A DNA stretch of 63,503 nt, the filler included, from Conidiobolus incongruus B7586 (lineage: Eukaryota): NCBI GenBank assembly GCA_000697335.1. It is 11 parts of 11 records of this genome, joined end to end, with 100 filler letters (N's around TTAATTAATTAA, not from the genome) between each part and the next. Parts side by side here need not be neighbours in the genome. Positions count along the whole stretch, not along the records: positions 26,905 to 36,832 come from JNEM01006642.1; positions 36,933 to 39,074 come from JNEM01006644.1; positions 39,175 to 45,122 come from JNEM01006645.1; 8 more parts are not named here. One strand, given 5' to 3'. Position numbers and translations under genes: made by a program. Within the stretch, counting starts at the first letter, position 1; each line of letters starts with the position of its first letter. Below, one piece after another: positions 26,905 to 39,201 of the stretch. The notes under the pieces were generated by a model. The model saw only the letters and a list, made by a program, of their open reading frames with translations, was not told where the DNA came from and ran no database searches.

Positions 26905-28060
26905 TATTATATGATTTTAATTAAAAAATTTATTTTTTAAAATTGGTTGTTTAATATAATTATATTTAAATTAAATAATAATTATCAAAAGTCTTTTATT
27001 TTAATATTAATAAAACTTAACCATAAACCCTCTAAAATTATTTAAAATTTATAAGTAGTTTTTGGTAATAAAGTATTATCTAAATCAATTATTTATTATT
27101 ATGTAAATTATTTTAAAACTAAAAAAAATTATCTAAAACCTATCAAAATCTAAGAAACCAATTTTAACTATCATTCTTTTAATTATTAATAAAATGAAAA
27201 AATATATTACAAAATATCTTTTTATTTCAGCTAAAGAATTATTTAAATATTTTAATATTAATTTTATAAGTATTTTATAAATATTAAAGTTTAAACTCAA
27301 ATTAATAAAAAAAATATAAAATAGATATCTTATAACTAAACAAAATATTAGAAAAAAGGTAAAGTAATTATTACTAAATAAAACTTATTAAAATATCACT
27401 AGAAACTTAAGCTTTTATAATAAATAATTATAATTAATAAATCTTAAATCTTTATATATAATCCTTTACCAAAATATAAATTAAAATGTTAGATTAAATT
27501 AAATTAACTTTTTCTATAAATCTTTTTAAATAAATATTTTGTTAATAAGTAAATATTAATTATTATAATAGATTATAATGGTATATATTATTTTCATTTA
27601 ATTTATGAAGGAAAATCAATTAATAGTAAGTTTTATATTGTTTTTTTAAATAAAAATATTTTTAATTAGTGTTTTTACTATAATTAAAGAAAACCTATTA
27701 TTTTGCATGATAATTATAAAATAAATAAATCTAAAGCTATAAAAAATTTTCTAATTAAAAATAACTGGAAAAAACTACCATATCTAGTATACTTTTTAAA
27801 TTACAACCTATATAATTATAATTGCTTTAAGTAATTAAAAAACCAACTTATAAAAAAGAAAATTTTTGCAAAAAAATTTAATTAATTTTTAAAATATCAA
27901 ATTTCAGACTTTAATAAAAAGAACTGTTTTTTAAGTGTTATAAGTTTGTTAATAATAGATTAAAAAGTTATTAATAATAAAAAAAATTATTAAATTTATA
28001 TTATATATTTAATTTTATATATTATATATCAAAATGTTTATTTATTTTTAATTGCAAAAT
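26905..28060 (+). mobile_element. Hypermutated mariner (DD34D) copy
   Basis: IIIINKS*IFIYNP (from IITIDESWIFIYNP); LHDN at ~27703; LPYLVYFLNYNLYNY (from LPHPAYSPDYNPCDY); exactly 34 codons between the 2nd and 3rd Asp positions. Confidence 0.9.
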
Positions 28061-29062
28061 ATTCCAAATATTTAAAATACAAAGTAATAATAATATAGAA
28101 TTTGATTAAAATCTAACAAAAAATATCTCTTAATTATAAATTAACAAAGCTATATTAAAATGAAAATAATATTAATTTAACTATTAAATTACAATAATTA
28201 GTAATTTAAAACAAAATAATATATTAATCAGAATAAAAATAAGAATAATTAAAAGGTAAAAAAAACCAAATTTATTAATTATATTTTATAAAATTATCTT
28301 TTAAAACTTTAATAATAAAAAAATTTAATAAATTAAAACTTGAAAAAAATAAGTTATATTAGAAAATTTATTAAAATTAAAAAATTAATTATTATTTTAA
28401 TATATATAATAATATAGATAATTAAAATATTTAATTTTATTTAAATAATAATTGCAATATTTAAATATTTTTTTGACAAAATATTATGAATTATTAATCA
28501 AAGTTTTTGCAATAATATTTGAAAAATTGAAGTTAATAAATTAATAAATTTATTAAATAATTATAGGTCCACAATATTTATCTAACCTATATAGTTATGA
28601 ATTATTAATAAAAAAAATAATTTTGAAAATGATAATATTATGATTATTATATCATTAATAGAAAGTATTTAATTTAAAATTATTTATATTTAATTATTTT
28701 ACTAAATAAAAAACTTATTCAAATATCATTCCACCTTTTATAAATTTAAAGGTTTTGATATTAATAATAATTTTAATAAATAAAAATTTAGAAATTATAA
28801 AATCAATTAACAAGTTTTGATTATTATATATTGTATATTTTAGGTAAATATATGTTATTTTCTTGATTTAAAAATGGAATTTTGTTGGATTGGATATATT
28901 TTATAAATGGTTAATTTAGGATTAATGATTTAATATTTGATGTAAAATTAAGCATTGTTTTTCAAACTAAATTGAATTCAGTCTAAATATATCCAAATTC
29001 ATAAATGATTGTGTTGAAGTTTGAAAAGAAAGTACTAATCCACTTTAGATGATAAAATAAAA

Positions 29063-30512
29063 TTAATTAGGTAGCACTTGGTCCAAAACGATACCAACCT
29101 TTCTGACACCTTCGATCAATTGGTCAGGATCAACGTAGCTGTAGCAAAGTCGAATATAATAGGGAGACTGGTCAGCCTGTTGAGTTTTTTCCAGTTTGTA
29201 ACCATTGGCATCGAAGTAGTAACCAGGCACTGGAATGACTCGCTGCTCTACTAATTTATCGAATACTTTCTCTAAAAGTGTCTGTTCGCCTTCATTTACG
29301 GGTTGAGGCTGAACATTCAAACGAAGCCAACCGAACATACCAGCGACTGTGGGAGTATAGATTACTTTATCTCCTAAATTCTCTTTAACAGCAGTGACAA
29401 ATCTGTCTCTACATTCAGTAAATTGCTTTCTGATCTGATTCAAATGATGTATGAATCCATCTTGGCCCCACTCAGATAAGATTTGAGATAACGTGGATTG
29501 ACTAAGGGCTGCAGGCTGCTGATTGCTAACTTCATTCAAGTATTGCACCTTGTCCACATACCATTTGGGAGCGGTGATCCAAGCGGTTCTGAACCCAGGT
29601 CCCATAACTTTACTGAAGGAATCCATGCGAATCACACGACCGTCAATATCTAAACTGTACAAAGATGGTAATAGAGTCTCTTTGGTAAATTCGCTGTCGT
29701 CATAGCTGGACTCGGGATTGTATTTGGGTAGTTGTAGGAAATAGTAGGGGTCATCTTCCAAAATCATGATGTCCAACTTTTGGCACACTGAGTAGAATTC
29801 TTTTCTCCTCTCGAGACTCATAGTAGCGCCTGTAGGATTCTGACCTGTTGGCACAGTGTAGATCAATCTACATTTGGGACTGTTGGGGTTAGCTTGGTGA
29901 TAGTCATTAACAACCTTTTCAACAGAGCTAGGGACCAAACCCTCGTCATCAATATCAGCTACTAACAATTTCAAGCCCTTACCCCTGAATGTCTCCAAAG
30001 CAGCTGGATATCCGTATTTGGCAACTACGATGGGATCTCCCCTATTAGCCAGCAAGGTCAATGACTGGTACAATCCATCCGTATTACCAGTAGTCAATAC
30101 AATATCCCAGTCGCTATACTTTGCACTATGGACCAATTCCATATGATCTCTTAGCAAATTAATGAAGGGGATCAGTCCTTTTCCATTGCCGTATTGCATA
30201 CTCTTATCCAGAGGTAAAACAATCCCATCTTGAGCTTTCCTAGGAATTTTGAAATGCTCTTGGGTGGTATTACCGAATTGCTTGGAGTCAAATTCGTAAC
30301 TTTGTAAGGTAAAACTGTCAGCTCTAGGCAAACCTGGATAAAATTAGCATATTAACACTATTGAAAAGATATTTATTACCTTGAGCTAACAAAATATTCT
30401 CAGGTTGGATATATTTCACCAAACCTTTCAAGGGACTCACACGTCTTAGTTTGCCCTCTTCACTGAGGTGATAGCTCAGATCTTTACTGTGGGGTAATTC
30501 ACTTAGAGTCAT
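29063..30512 (-). CDS. ARO8: Aromatic amino acid/2-aminoadipate aminotransferase (Aro8-like, PLP fold I), 2 exons (30512-30380, 30333-29063), 467 aa
   Basis: MQYGNGKG, YTVPTGQNPTG, ILEDDPYYFLQ, VIRMDSFSKV (PLP lysine), AGMFGWL; a 46-nt GT..AG intron with a GCTAAT branch site joins the two ORF-track pieces. Confidence 0.93.
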
Positions 30513-30701
30513 GATTTTAATTTTTAATTATCACCTTTATTATTATTATTGTTATTGTTATTATTATTAAAATTGCAATAAAAAATTATTTATAATAAAG
30601 AATAAAAGATTTATTTATACTTTCTAAATAACTTAGAATGGTACGATTAATTAATATTCGCATAAAATATTGGATAAATTCAAATTATAAAACAAAAAAC
30701 C

Positions 30702-30727
30702 GAGTCATAATATTAGAAATGACTCAT
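30702..30727. promoter_or_regulatory. Pair of Gcn4/CpcA-type TGACTC elements upstream of the Aro8-like gene
   Basis: GAGTCAT (30702-30708) and a perfect ATGACTCAT (30719-30727), about 200 nt upstream of ATG 30512; GATAA motifs nearby. Confidence 0.55.
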
Positions 30728-31844
30728 GATTATTTTCCAATAAAGGAAAGTAATCAAGATAACTTGAGAAAAAAATACAATAAAAGGATAAGAAATGATT
30801 GATCGTTTTTATAATCACACTTTAAAATTTCTTTTTCAATTAGGAAGATTTTTTTTATTGAATATTCAAATTAATTAATTTTGAGATATTAAATATGAAT
30901 GTATAATTTTATTAGTAATATAATCTTTATAATTAATTCATAGTACTGATTTTAATTAGAGATGTAATCAATAACTAATTTAAACTTTTAATATAAGTTA
31001 TTATAACTAAGACAATTTCCAAGTCATTAATAAAATATTAATACATCTAAGTTTCATTTAACTATATTTTGATTAACCTTTAACTTTTTAATTAAATAAT
31101 CAATTATAATAAACTTTTGCATTACTCAATATATATATTGAGCTATTAATAATTTCAATATTACCTTTTACTATTTAATATTATATCCCATTTTAATAGT
31201 TTTATAATTTTATATAGGATAATATTTTATCATTATTATTTAATATTATTAAATCAATTAATATATTAATAAATTATTAAGAATATATTATAATAATATT
31301 TTCAATTATATTATAATCAGATTATATCATTGTATTAATAATTAATATATGAATTCATTAGAATTATATAATTAATATACTTAATATATAGATATATATA
31401 ATAATATTATAATTAACAATCTCAATTTCAAAGGTAATAATATGAAATATTATTATATTAACAATATATAATAAAAATTTGAATTATTTAATAATAAAAT
31501 TATAAATATTTAAAGTTATAATTAATTTTTTATAATAATTATTTCTTTTTAATCTATATTAATAATTTAATTTATATAGTTAATAATTCAAAAATATGAA
31601 AATTATTTAAATAATAGTGATATATCTTTCAATACATAATATAAATATAATAAAATTTTTTGAATTGTATCATTAAGAATAGCATAGAAATTTTAATATA
31701 TTAATTTATTAATGTTTTGAACCTTTTAAATCAAAATTAAAATTATAGTTTAATAATAATGAATTTAATTATTATAATTATTTTAGATGATTATTATAAT
31801 TAATATTATTTGAACTATTAATTATCATCAAAGACTTTTGAAAT

Positions 31845-32173
31845 TGTGATTCTACCGATTGTTAGTAGGATGTTGTTAATAGGGAAGGAAATAGTTTGCT
31901 AGTAGTTTGTTTGGTAGTTTGGGATAAGGTGCTCTATTAGGGTTCTTCAATGGTTAATAGGCTTCGCAGAAGACTGATGATGATGAAAATGTATTCCGAC
32001 AAAAATTCTTTCATAGACCATTTGTTGGTCGCAAGTAGTGTAAAGAAGTGCATTTGGTCTTCAGAAAAATGAGACCTTGAAGTAGTGTGACGGGTATTCC
32101 AGAGTTATATCCCGATATGATAATAGATGGCGAGATGAAGTTGGTCGGGCGGGTTATCATCTAGGCAACTACA
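31845..32173. mobile_element. Putative solo LTR, family S, copy 2
   Basis: TGTGATTCTACCGATT ... CAACTACA (TG..CA); shares blocks gcttcgcagaaga, tgatgatgaaaatgtattccgacaa and gagaccttgaag with 21297-21605. Confidence 0.7.
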
Positions 32174-34006
32174 ATATAATTCTTTACATGTTAAATCAAT
32201 TGATCTATTGGACAATACCTGGCAAAATAACTATCAATTAGTTCATGGAGGATAAAATCTACAAAATGTAATATTCGGATTTTTCATTGATTATGGTGTT
32301 TTATTCAATTGGAAAATAATCTATTTTTATTGTAATCAAAGTTAAAAGGGTAATTTGCTATTCAAAGCATGTGTCATGGTTAGTTCGGTACCAGTTTGAT
32401 ATATGCTAACTCATCATAAAATACTATCCAAAAGAAAACATTATTAATACTATTTCCAAATATTGAACCTTAAAAAATTTAAAATTTATGTAATTCTGAT
32501 ACAAAATTCAAAATCAACAGATCTAAAAAACCTTGTTTAAGTAATGACAGTCTCATAACCATCTTCAGTATAAAATGGTATAGAAACTTTAAGAAATGGG
32601 TATAAACATAATGACTCATTCAAATTTCATTACAATGCGACCATACCTTTTCAATATCCAATTTTAGAAACTTTAACACTTCGAATACCTTAACAAATCC
32701 TAAAGATACTAAGTCCAGTCAACTAAAAGAAGCCAACCAAAAGGCTTAAAATACTTCCAAAGATTAACTCAATAAAGTAATTACCAATTCATAATTACTA
32801 AAATTTGTTGAATTTAATATAATTTTATCCAGAATTGAGGTATAAAATTTAACATTTGAAAATTTTGTAGAATTAGGTCATAAACTTGAATTTAATTTTT
32901 TGAATTAGAATTAATTAATCTAATATCTAATATAAACTCAATAAGTAAAATTTTATTATTTTACAAGTTAATAGAAATTTATAGGAATCATCATCGATTA
33001 CAAACTTTTCTATATATATTCTAATAAGAATTGTTGTGTATTGCGATCATTAAATGGTTTTTATATGCTGTATCATATGCTTGTTTTAAAGTTACTTTTC
33101 ATTCTATTTATGTTCAAAAAATTGAAAATCATTTAACATTTATATGATTTATTTAAGGCAAGTTCCTAAATTATTAATAATTATTAAAAAAATAAATTTA
33201 AAATGATTATAATTAAATTTCAAAATTATTGTATAAAGTATATTATAATAATTAAGTATTTATTTGTGTTGCTAAGAACACATACTTTAATAAATATATA
33301 GATTGTAATATTGAGAAAATATTAAATATTCAAAATACATTTAAAGAAAATATCATTAATTCAATACTAAGTTCTCGACCATTCATAAAAAATGCCAAAT
33401 CTGATTTAGTAATTTTATCGGTAATATTAAAAATGCTATAATAGCTTAAGATGATGAATTAATTTTAATAACTTGATATATTTATGCTTATGTATTTTAA
33501 AATATTAACCACTATTGATTTTATTTAAAAAATATATTTAAACTTTAGTATCTAGTATTTAATCCAAAACAAGATATTGATATTATTTAATGCTTATTAA
33601 TTAATCAAAATTAATACTAAAATATATTGATATTTTGATATGAGTATTATTTTATAATAATTTAATATAATTGAAGTGATAATCAATTATTTTACAAACA
33701 TAAAAATTTTTTTAAAATGAGCTCACTTATACTTTTAGTGATTAAATCAAAACTCAATACTTTTTTCAATAAAAAAATCTGCAGATTAATTTAATTTATC
33801 CATGATATATTATTGAGTTACAAATGACAAATTCTATAATAAGATAATTATTCCATATCACTAGATTTTGAAATGTCAATCACTTTCTATACTTTTTAAG
33901 GTATATAAATGGGCCCTTAGATTGAAAGAAAAAAATAAAATCCAATTTAAAAACCAGTCACTTATTCCAAAAATTTTGTATTAGTTTGTTTTTATTATTA
34001 TCCATT

Positions 34007-35416
34007 ATGATGACATTACTCCCTGAGCACAGAGCCAAAGATTTGAGCTACCATTTAAGTCGTGAAGGAAAACTGAGACGCTCTCAACCTATGGTCGAAA
34101 TATTCAAATATTCGGGTAATAATAATATTCTACTTGCTCTTGGACTTCCAAGATCAGATAGCTTCTCAATTAAGCAGCTGTCTTTCAAGTATAGTATGTT
34201 TGGCAGTAATAAAGAATTCGAAGCTGTGGTCGATAGACAGCCTACTGATCGTTCATCTCTGTCATTGGATACAGGGATGCAATATGGCAATGGAAAAGGA
34301 TCTTTCAAACTCAGAGAGCTTGTGAAAAAGCATATTGATATCGTTCATTCTGTTAAATATTCCAATTGGGATGTCGTACTAACTACTGGTAATACTGAAG
34401 CACTGTATCAATCTGTTACACTCTTGGCAGATTGGGGCGATCCTATAGTAGTTGCAAAATGGTGCTACCCCATTGCTTTAGAAACTTTTAGAGGTAAAGG
34501 TCTCAATTTCTTGGTCGCTGATATTGATGAAGAGGGTCTTATTCCTTCGTCTGTTGAACAAGTTGTCAACAATTACTATCAATCAAACCCCAATGGACCA
34601 AAATGTAAATTAATTTACACTGTACCAACTGGTCAAAATCCTTCAGGAGCCACAATGAGTGTCGAAAGAAGAAAGGAATTTTATAGAGTGTGTCAATCTC
34701 TAGATTTAATGATCCTTGAAGATGATCCCTATTATTTTTTGCAACTACCTCGTTATAATCCAAATGGAAACTACAGCGAAGATGAATTTACAACTAAAAC
34801 GCTACTACCCTCTCTTTTAAACCTGGATACTGATGGTAGAGTGATTAGAATGGATTCATTCAGCAAAGTTATAGCACCAGGACTACGAACTGCATGGATA
34901 ACGGGACCTGAATGGTTTACATTGAAAGTTGAGTACCTCAATGACGTATCGTGTCAGCAACCATCTGGATTGAGTCAAATAGCGATGATAGAAATGTTGA
35001 TCAAGTGGAATCAAAGTGGCTACTTAGATCATTTAAATCGAATTAGAAAAGAGTTTACAAGCAGAAGAGACTTATTCGTTTCTCTCACTGAAAAGTACTT
35101 AAAGGGCAAGGTTATATATACTCCCACACTTGCTGGTATGTTTGGATGGCTTAAATTGAATATTGAACCAGTAAAACCCAAACTTGGTGAACCTACCCTA
35201 CTCCATAAAATATTCGATAAAATAACTGCTGAAAAAGTGGTGCCCATTCCTGGATACTATTTTGATGCCCACATTCATCAATTAGATCAGAAAGAATATA
35301 GAGACCGAGTTGATCCGTATTATATAAGAATGTGTTACTCATTTGTTGACCGTGACCAACTGGAAGAAGGGATGAAACAAATTGGTATTGCTTTGGATGA
35401 AATATTTAACAATTAA
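34007..35416 (+). CDS. Second Aro8-like aminotransferase, intronless, 469 aa
   Basis: Same motifs (YTVPTGQNPSG, ILEDDPYYFLQ, MDSFSKV); first ATG at 34007; TATATAAA at 33902-33909. Confidence 0.93.
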   Translation: MMTLLPEHRAKDLSYHLSREGKLRRSQPMVEIFKYSGNNNILLALGLPRSDSFSIKQLSFKYSMFGSNKEFEAVVDRQPTDRSSLSLDTGMQYGNGKGSFKLRELVKKHIDIVHSVKYSNWDVVLTTGNTEALYQSVTLLADWGDPIVVAKWCYPIALETFRGKGLNFLVADIDEEGLIPSSVEQVVNNYYQSNPNGPKCKLIYTVPTGQNPSGATMSVERRKEFYRVCQSLDLMILEDDPYYFLQLPRYNPNGNYSEDEFTTKTLLPSLLNLDTDGRVIRMDSFSKVIAPGLRTAWITGPEWFTLKVEYLNDVSCQQPSGLSQIAMIEMLIKWNQSGYLDHLNRIRKEFTSRRDLFVSLTEKYLKGKVIYTPTLAGMFGWLKLNIEPVKPKLGEPTLLHKIFDKITAEKVVPIPGYYFDAHIHQLDQKEYRDRVDPYYIRMCYSFVDRDQLEEGMKQIGIALDEIFNN

Positions 35417-36346
35417 TCATAAAAATTTTTTAAATTTATTAATAATAATACTTAATTAAAATTTTAAATATTCAATTATATTAAAGTTATAAAAAAATTA
35501 ATTAATTATGTAAAATTATTTGCTATTAAAAAAACTATTATTTATTATAGTCAATGGAATTAATTGCTATTAAAATCGTATCCTACTTCTAAGTTCTATA
35601 TATAAGTTATGGTATGGCTTTTATGAATTAATCTTGTTATTTGTTGCTACACTTTCATTAACATTACATACATTTATAGTGAGTTGCCAGATTAGAAACT
35701 ATTCATTTTGAGTATTATATTTTGAACAATTTTTATTTTAATTGTAATTATATGTATCAATTATCAAAAATTATATTTTTATAGACTTGATCCTTAACTG
35801 AATTTAGAATACTTAGTAGGTAAATAATTAATGAATTTTGATATACTACAATAAATATGTATTTTTTTCACACTTAATACAATGTAAATACTTAAAATAA
35901 CATTAATTTTATTCTATTTATCCATGATTAAGTTATTTTTATTAATATATTTTGATAAAATATCATAATTTTAAAATTTAGATTAAGACATTAATATTGA
36001 AATTTTTATCATTAGATGCTAAAGGTATTTTTATTGCTATTTCTGTTGATAAAAACAAATAAATATAATTAAAATAAAATCTTTTATATCTTTTATTTAA
36101 TAACCTCAATTTCTCAATTAAATTTTGATAATATAAAAAATTAAACTATATCTGAGATATAAATTTTTTTATAAAAAACTAATTATTTTTCAACTATTAT
36201 ATCAAAATTAAGCTATATGAGTTTTTCTAAATTGAGAACATTATAATATTTTTTTGTGTGTAATAAGTATAAATCTCAAATATACCAAAATTAGGTGATT
36301 ATTTAAATTTCATTTAAATATAAATTTAATAAATATAACTCTAATA

Positions 36347-36832
36347 TTAATATAAAAATTAAAAAATGGCAAATTTTTTAATTTCTGATCTTTCAAACAT
36401 ATTATAAATTTTGAAAAATTATTTATATATAGAATTTATAAAAAAATAAATATTTTCAAATTATATATATATATATTCAATTATAATAACTTTTTTCTTA
36501 AAATATTTTGATTTTAAAATTTATAATTAAATTTAATTATGTTTAAACTAGATAATGATTATTAAAAGGCTTTTATTTTTTATATTTTTAAAACTTAACT
36601 ATAAACCCACTAAAATTATTTTAAACTTATGAATAGTTTATAAAAATAATAATTTATTTATCACTACCATATATTATTAAATTTATGATTATAAAGCTAA
36701 AAAAACATTATTTAAAATTTATTAAAATTTAAAAAACTAATCTTTACTATTATTTTTTTACTTATCAATAAAATAAAAAATATATTAACAAATATTTTTT
36801 ATTTTAAATAAAAGATTATTAAAGTAATTTAA
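36347..36832 (+). mobile_element. Hypermutated mariner 5' part, gap-truncated
   Basis: aaatggcaaattttttaatttctgatctttcaaacatatta matches 26495-26535; the remainder is colinear with the transposase N-terminus. Confidence 0.82.
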
Positions 36833-36932
36833 NNNNNNNNNNNNNNNNNNNNNNNNNNNNNNNNNNNNNNNNNNNNTTAATTAATTAANNNNNNNNNNNN
36901 NNNNNNNNNNNNNNNNNNNNNNNNNNNNNNNN

Positions 36933-37800
36933 TAAGAATATTAATTAAAACTAATATTATTATATATACTTTATATTAATATTGATATCATATATATTTT
37001 AAGAAAAAATACCCTTAATTATAGAAATCATATTATAAGATTAAGTAAGAGTTTAAATATTATTGTTAATATTAATCTAAATTTAATTAAAATAAAGTTA
37101 TTTAATTTATTAAAATAAAAATATATTTTAATAAATTAAATCAAAAGTTTAAATATTATAAAAAAGATATAAAACTATTTTATAATAATTATATTAATTT
37201 TATTTAAAAATACAATAGTAAATTAATTATTAATTATGGATATATACTGTTTTTAAATATAAGATATCTTTATAAAGTTAATAAGGGAATTAATACTAAG
37301 TTATATTAAAATTCTATAGACAATAAATTAAAAAAACTATTGAATAATATAGGTTAAATAAAACTTATATTATTTTCCAACAAAATATTAACTTTTATTA
37401 TATTATTACTTTTATTATTAAATAGTTTAAAAATAACAAGATAATAGCTATAAAGTAGTTTTTTTAATCTTTTAATTTTAATCTAATTAAATATCTTTAG
37501 AATTAATTAAAGAAAGTTATTAAAATTTTCCCCTAATGAAAGATTTAAATTAACTTTAAGAATATATTAAAAAAGCAAAAAATTAGATTATCTTTTTTAA
37601 TATAAAAAGTTAATTGATTTTATACCTTATAAATTTAAAAAAATTAGAAAAGTTAAAGGTAGATAAAATAAGTTTTAATCTTGTTTTATTATCAAAAACT
37701 TATAAATTTATAACTTATTTTAAGTAAAATTGAAGGGTTGATATTTTAATTAATTAATAACTAAATATCATTATTTAATAATTTATAATATTGATAAATA
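36933..37800 (+). mobile_element. Hypermutated Tc1 (DD34E) partial copy
   Basis: Reverse-complement match to 37950-38720, including the ttattttccaacaaaat (IFQQD) region; ends where the next copy begins at a TA. Confidence 0.82.
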
Positions 37801-37802
37801 TA

Positions 37803-39074
37803 TACTAGCCTGAAAAGTGAGTCATAAAATTATGATTATATATATTATTATTAATAACTTTGTTAATCCTTAATCAAATTAATTTAAATTAAAATATATA
37901 GTAAAATTCTATTATTTATTTATAATTAAATATATTTGATCCAATTATATTAGCTTTTAGTTGATAAATTAAAGTTTAAATTATATCTAAGATAAGTTAT
38001 AAATTTGTGTATTTTTGTTATGAAAAGAGAATTAAAACTTAACATATTTACCTTTTGTTTTCCTAACTTCCTTAAGTTTATAGGGTATAAAATTAACTAA
38101 CTTCTTATATTAATAAGGATTAGTTTTGTTTTAAGCTTCTTAATTATATTCTTAAAGCTTATTTAAATTTTTTGCTGGTGGGAAAGTTTTAACTATTTTT
38201 TTTAACTAATCCCAAAGGTGTTTAATTAGATTAAGGTTAGGGGTTTGAAGAAGCCACTTTATAACTGTTATTTTATTATTTTTAAACCATTTGGTAGTAG
38301 AAATAATAGTATAGCAAAGGGTATTATCTTATTGGAAAATAACATCTGATTTATTTAACCTATACTATTCAATAGTTTTTTTAATTCATTGTTTAGAATA
38401 CTTTAGTATATTTTAGTATTAATTCCTCCATCAACTTTATAAAGATATTTTATAATAAAAGATAACATATATCCTTAAATTATAATTTACCCACTATTAT
38501 ATTTTTGGGTTAAAATAACATAATGGTTATAAAGTAATTCTTTGTCTTTTCTGAAATATCTAGCTTTTATATTAGATTTACTAAGATATATTTTTATTTC
38601 ATCAAATTAAATAACCTTACTCTAATTAGTTTTAATTCAACTTTAGTGGTGATATTTAAACTCATACCTAGTTTTACAATAGGACTTCTTTAGTTAAGGG
38701 TGTTTTTTCTTAAAGTATAAATGATATCTATTATAATATAAAACATGTATAGTAGTATTAATACTAACTAATATTCATATATAATCTTGTAATTCTTTTT
38801 ATACTTCTATAACAATATTATACTTATCTGTACTAACCAACCTATAAATATACCTTTCATTATATTTATCTATAATTTTAATATGCTTAAGTTTAGGTAT
38901 AGATATATCTTTATTATAATTTTTAATAGCTTTAGCTATAGTAGACTAGCTAACACTAGTAATTCCAGCAATTTCATAAGTTGATTTATTTTCATTATAA
39001 AGTTGATTAATATACAAGTGAATTTTTTTAGAGAGGGATTTAAGTATTTTAATACTAATATTATTTAAAATAAT
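37803..39074 (-). mobile_element. Hypermutated Tc1 (DD34E) copy, 5' end lost in a gap
   Basis: HTH ENKSTYEIAGITSVS*STIAKAI; VIFQ*DNTLCYT...KWLLQTPNLNLIKHLWD*LK (from FQQDNAPCH...WPPQSPDLNPIEHLW); 34 codons between the D and E positions; TA|tactagcctgaaaagtgagtcataaaat terminus. Confidence 0.92.
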
Positions 39075-39201
39075 NNNNNNNNNNNNNNNNNNNNNNNNNN
39101 NNNNNNNNNNNNNNNNNNTTAATTAATTAANNNNNNNNNNNNNNNNNNNNNNNNNNNNNNNNNNNNNNNNNNNNAAATACAAATGATTTTATAATATAAC
39201 T

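Noticed and set aside
28400..28860. Possible Merlin/IS1595-like transposase relic (STIFI.., LIESI*FK)
   Set aside because: Only two short motif echoes in very AT-rich DNA; no termini and no second copy seen.
32190..32770. Moderately GC-rich segment between the aminotransferases
   Set aside because: No open frame, repeat partner or recognisable motif.
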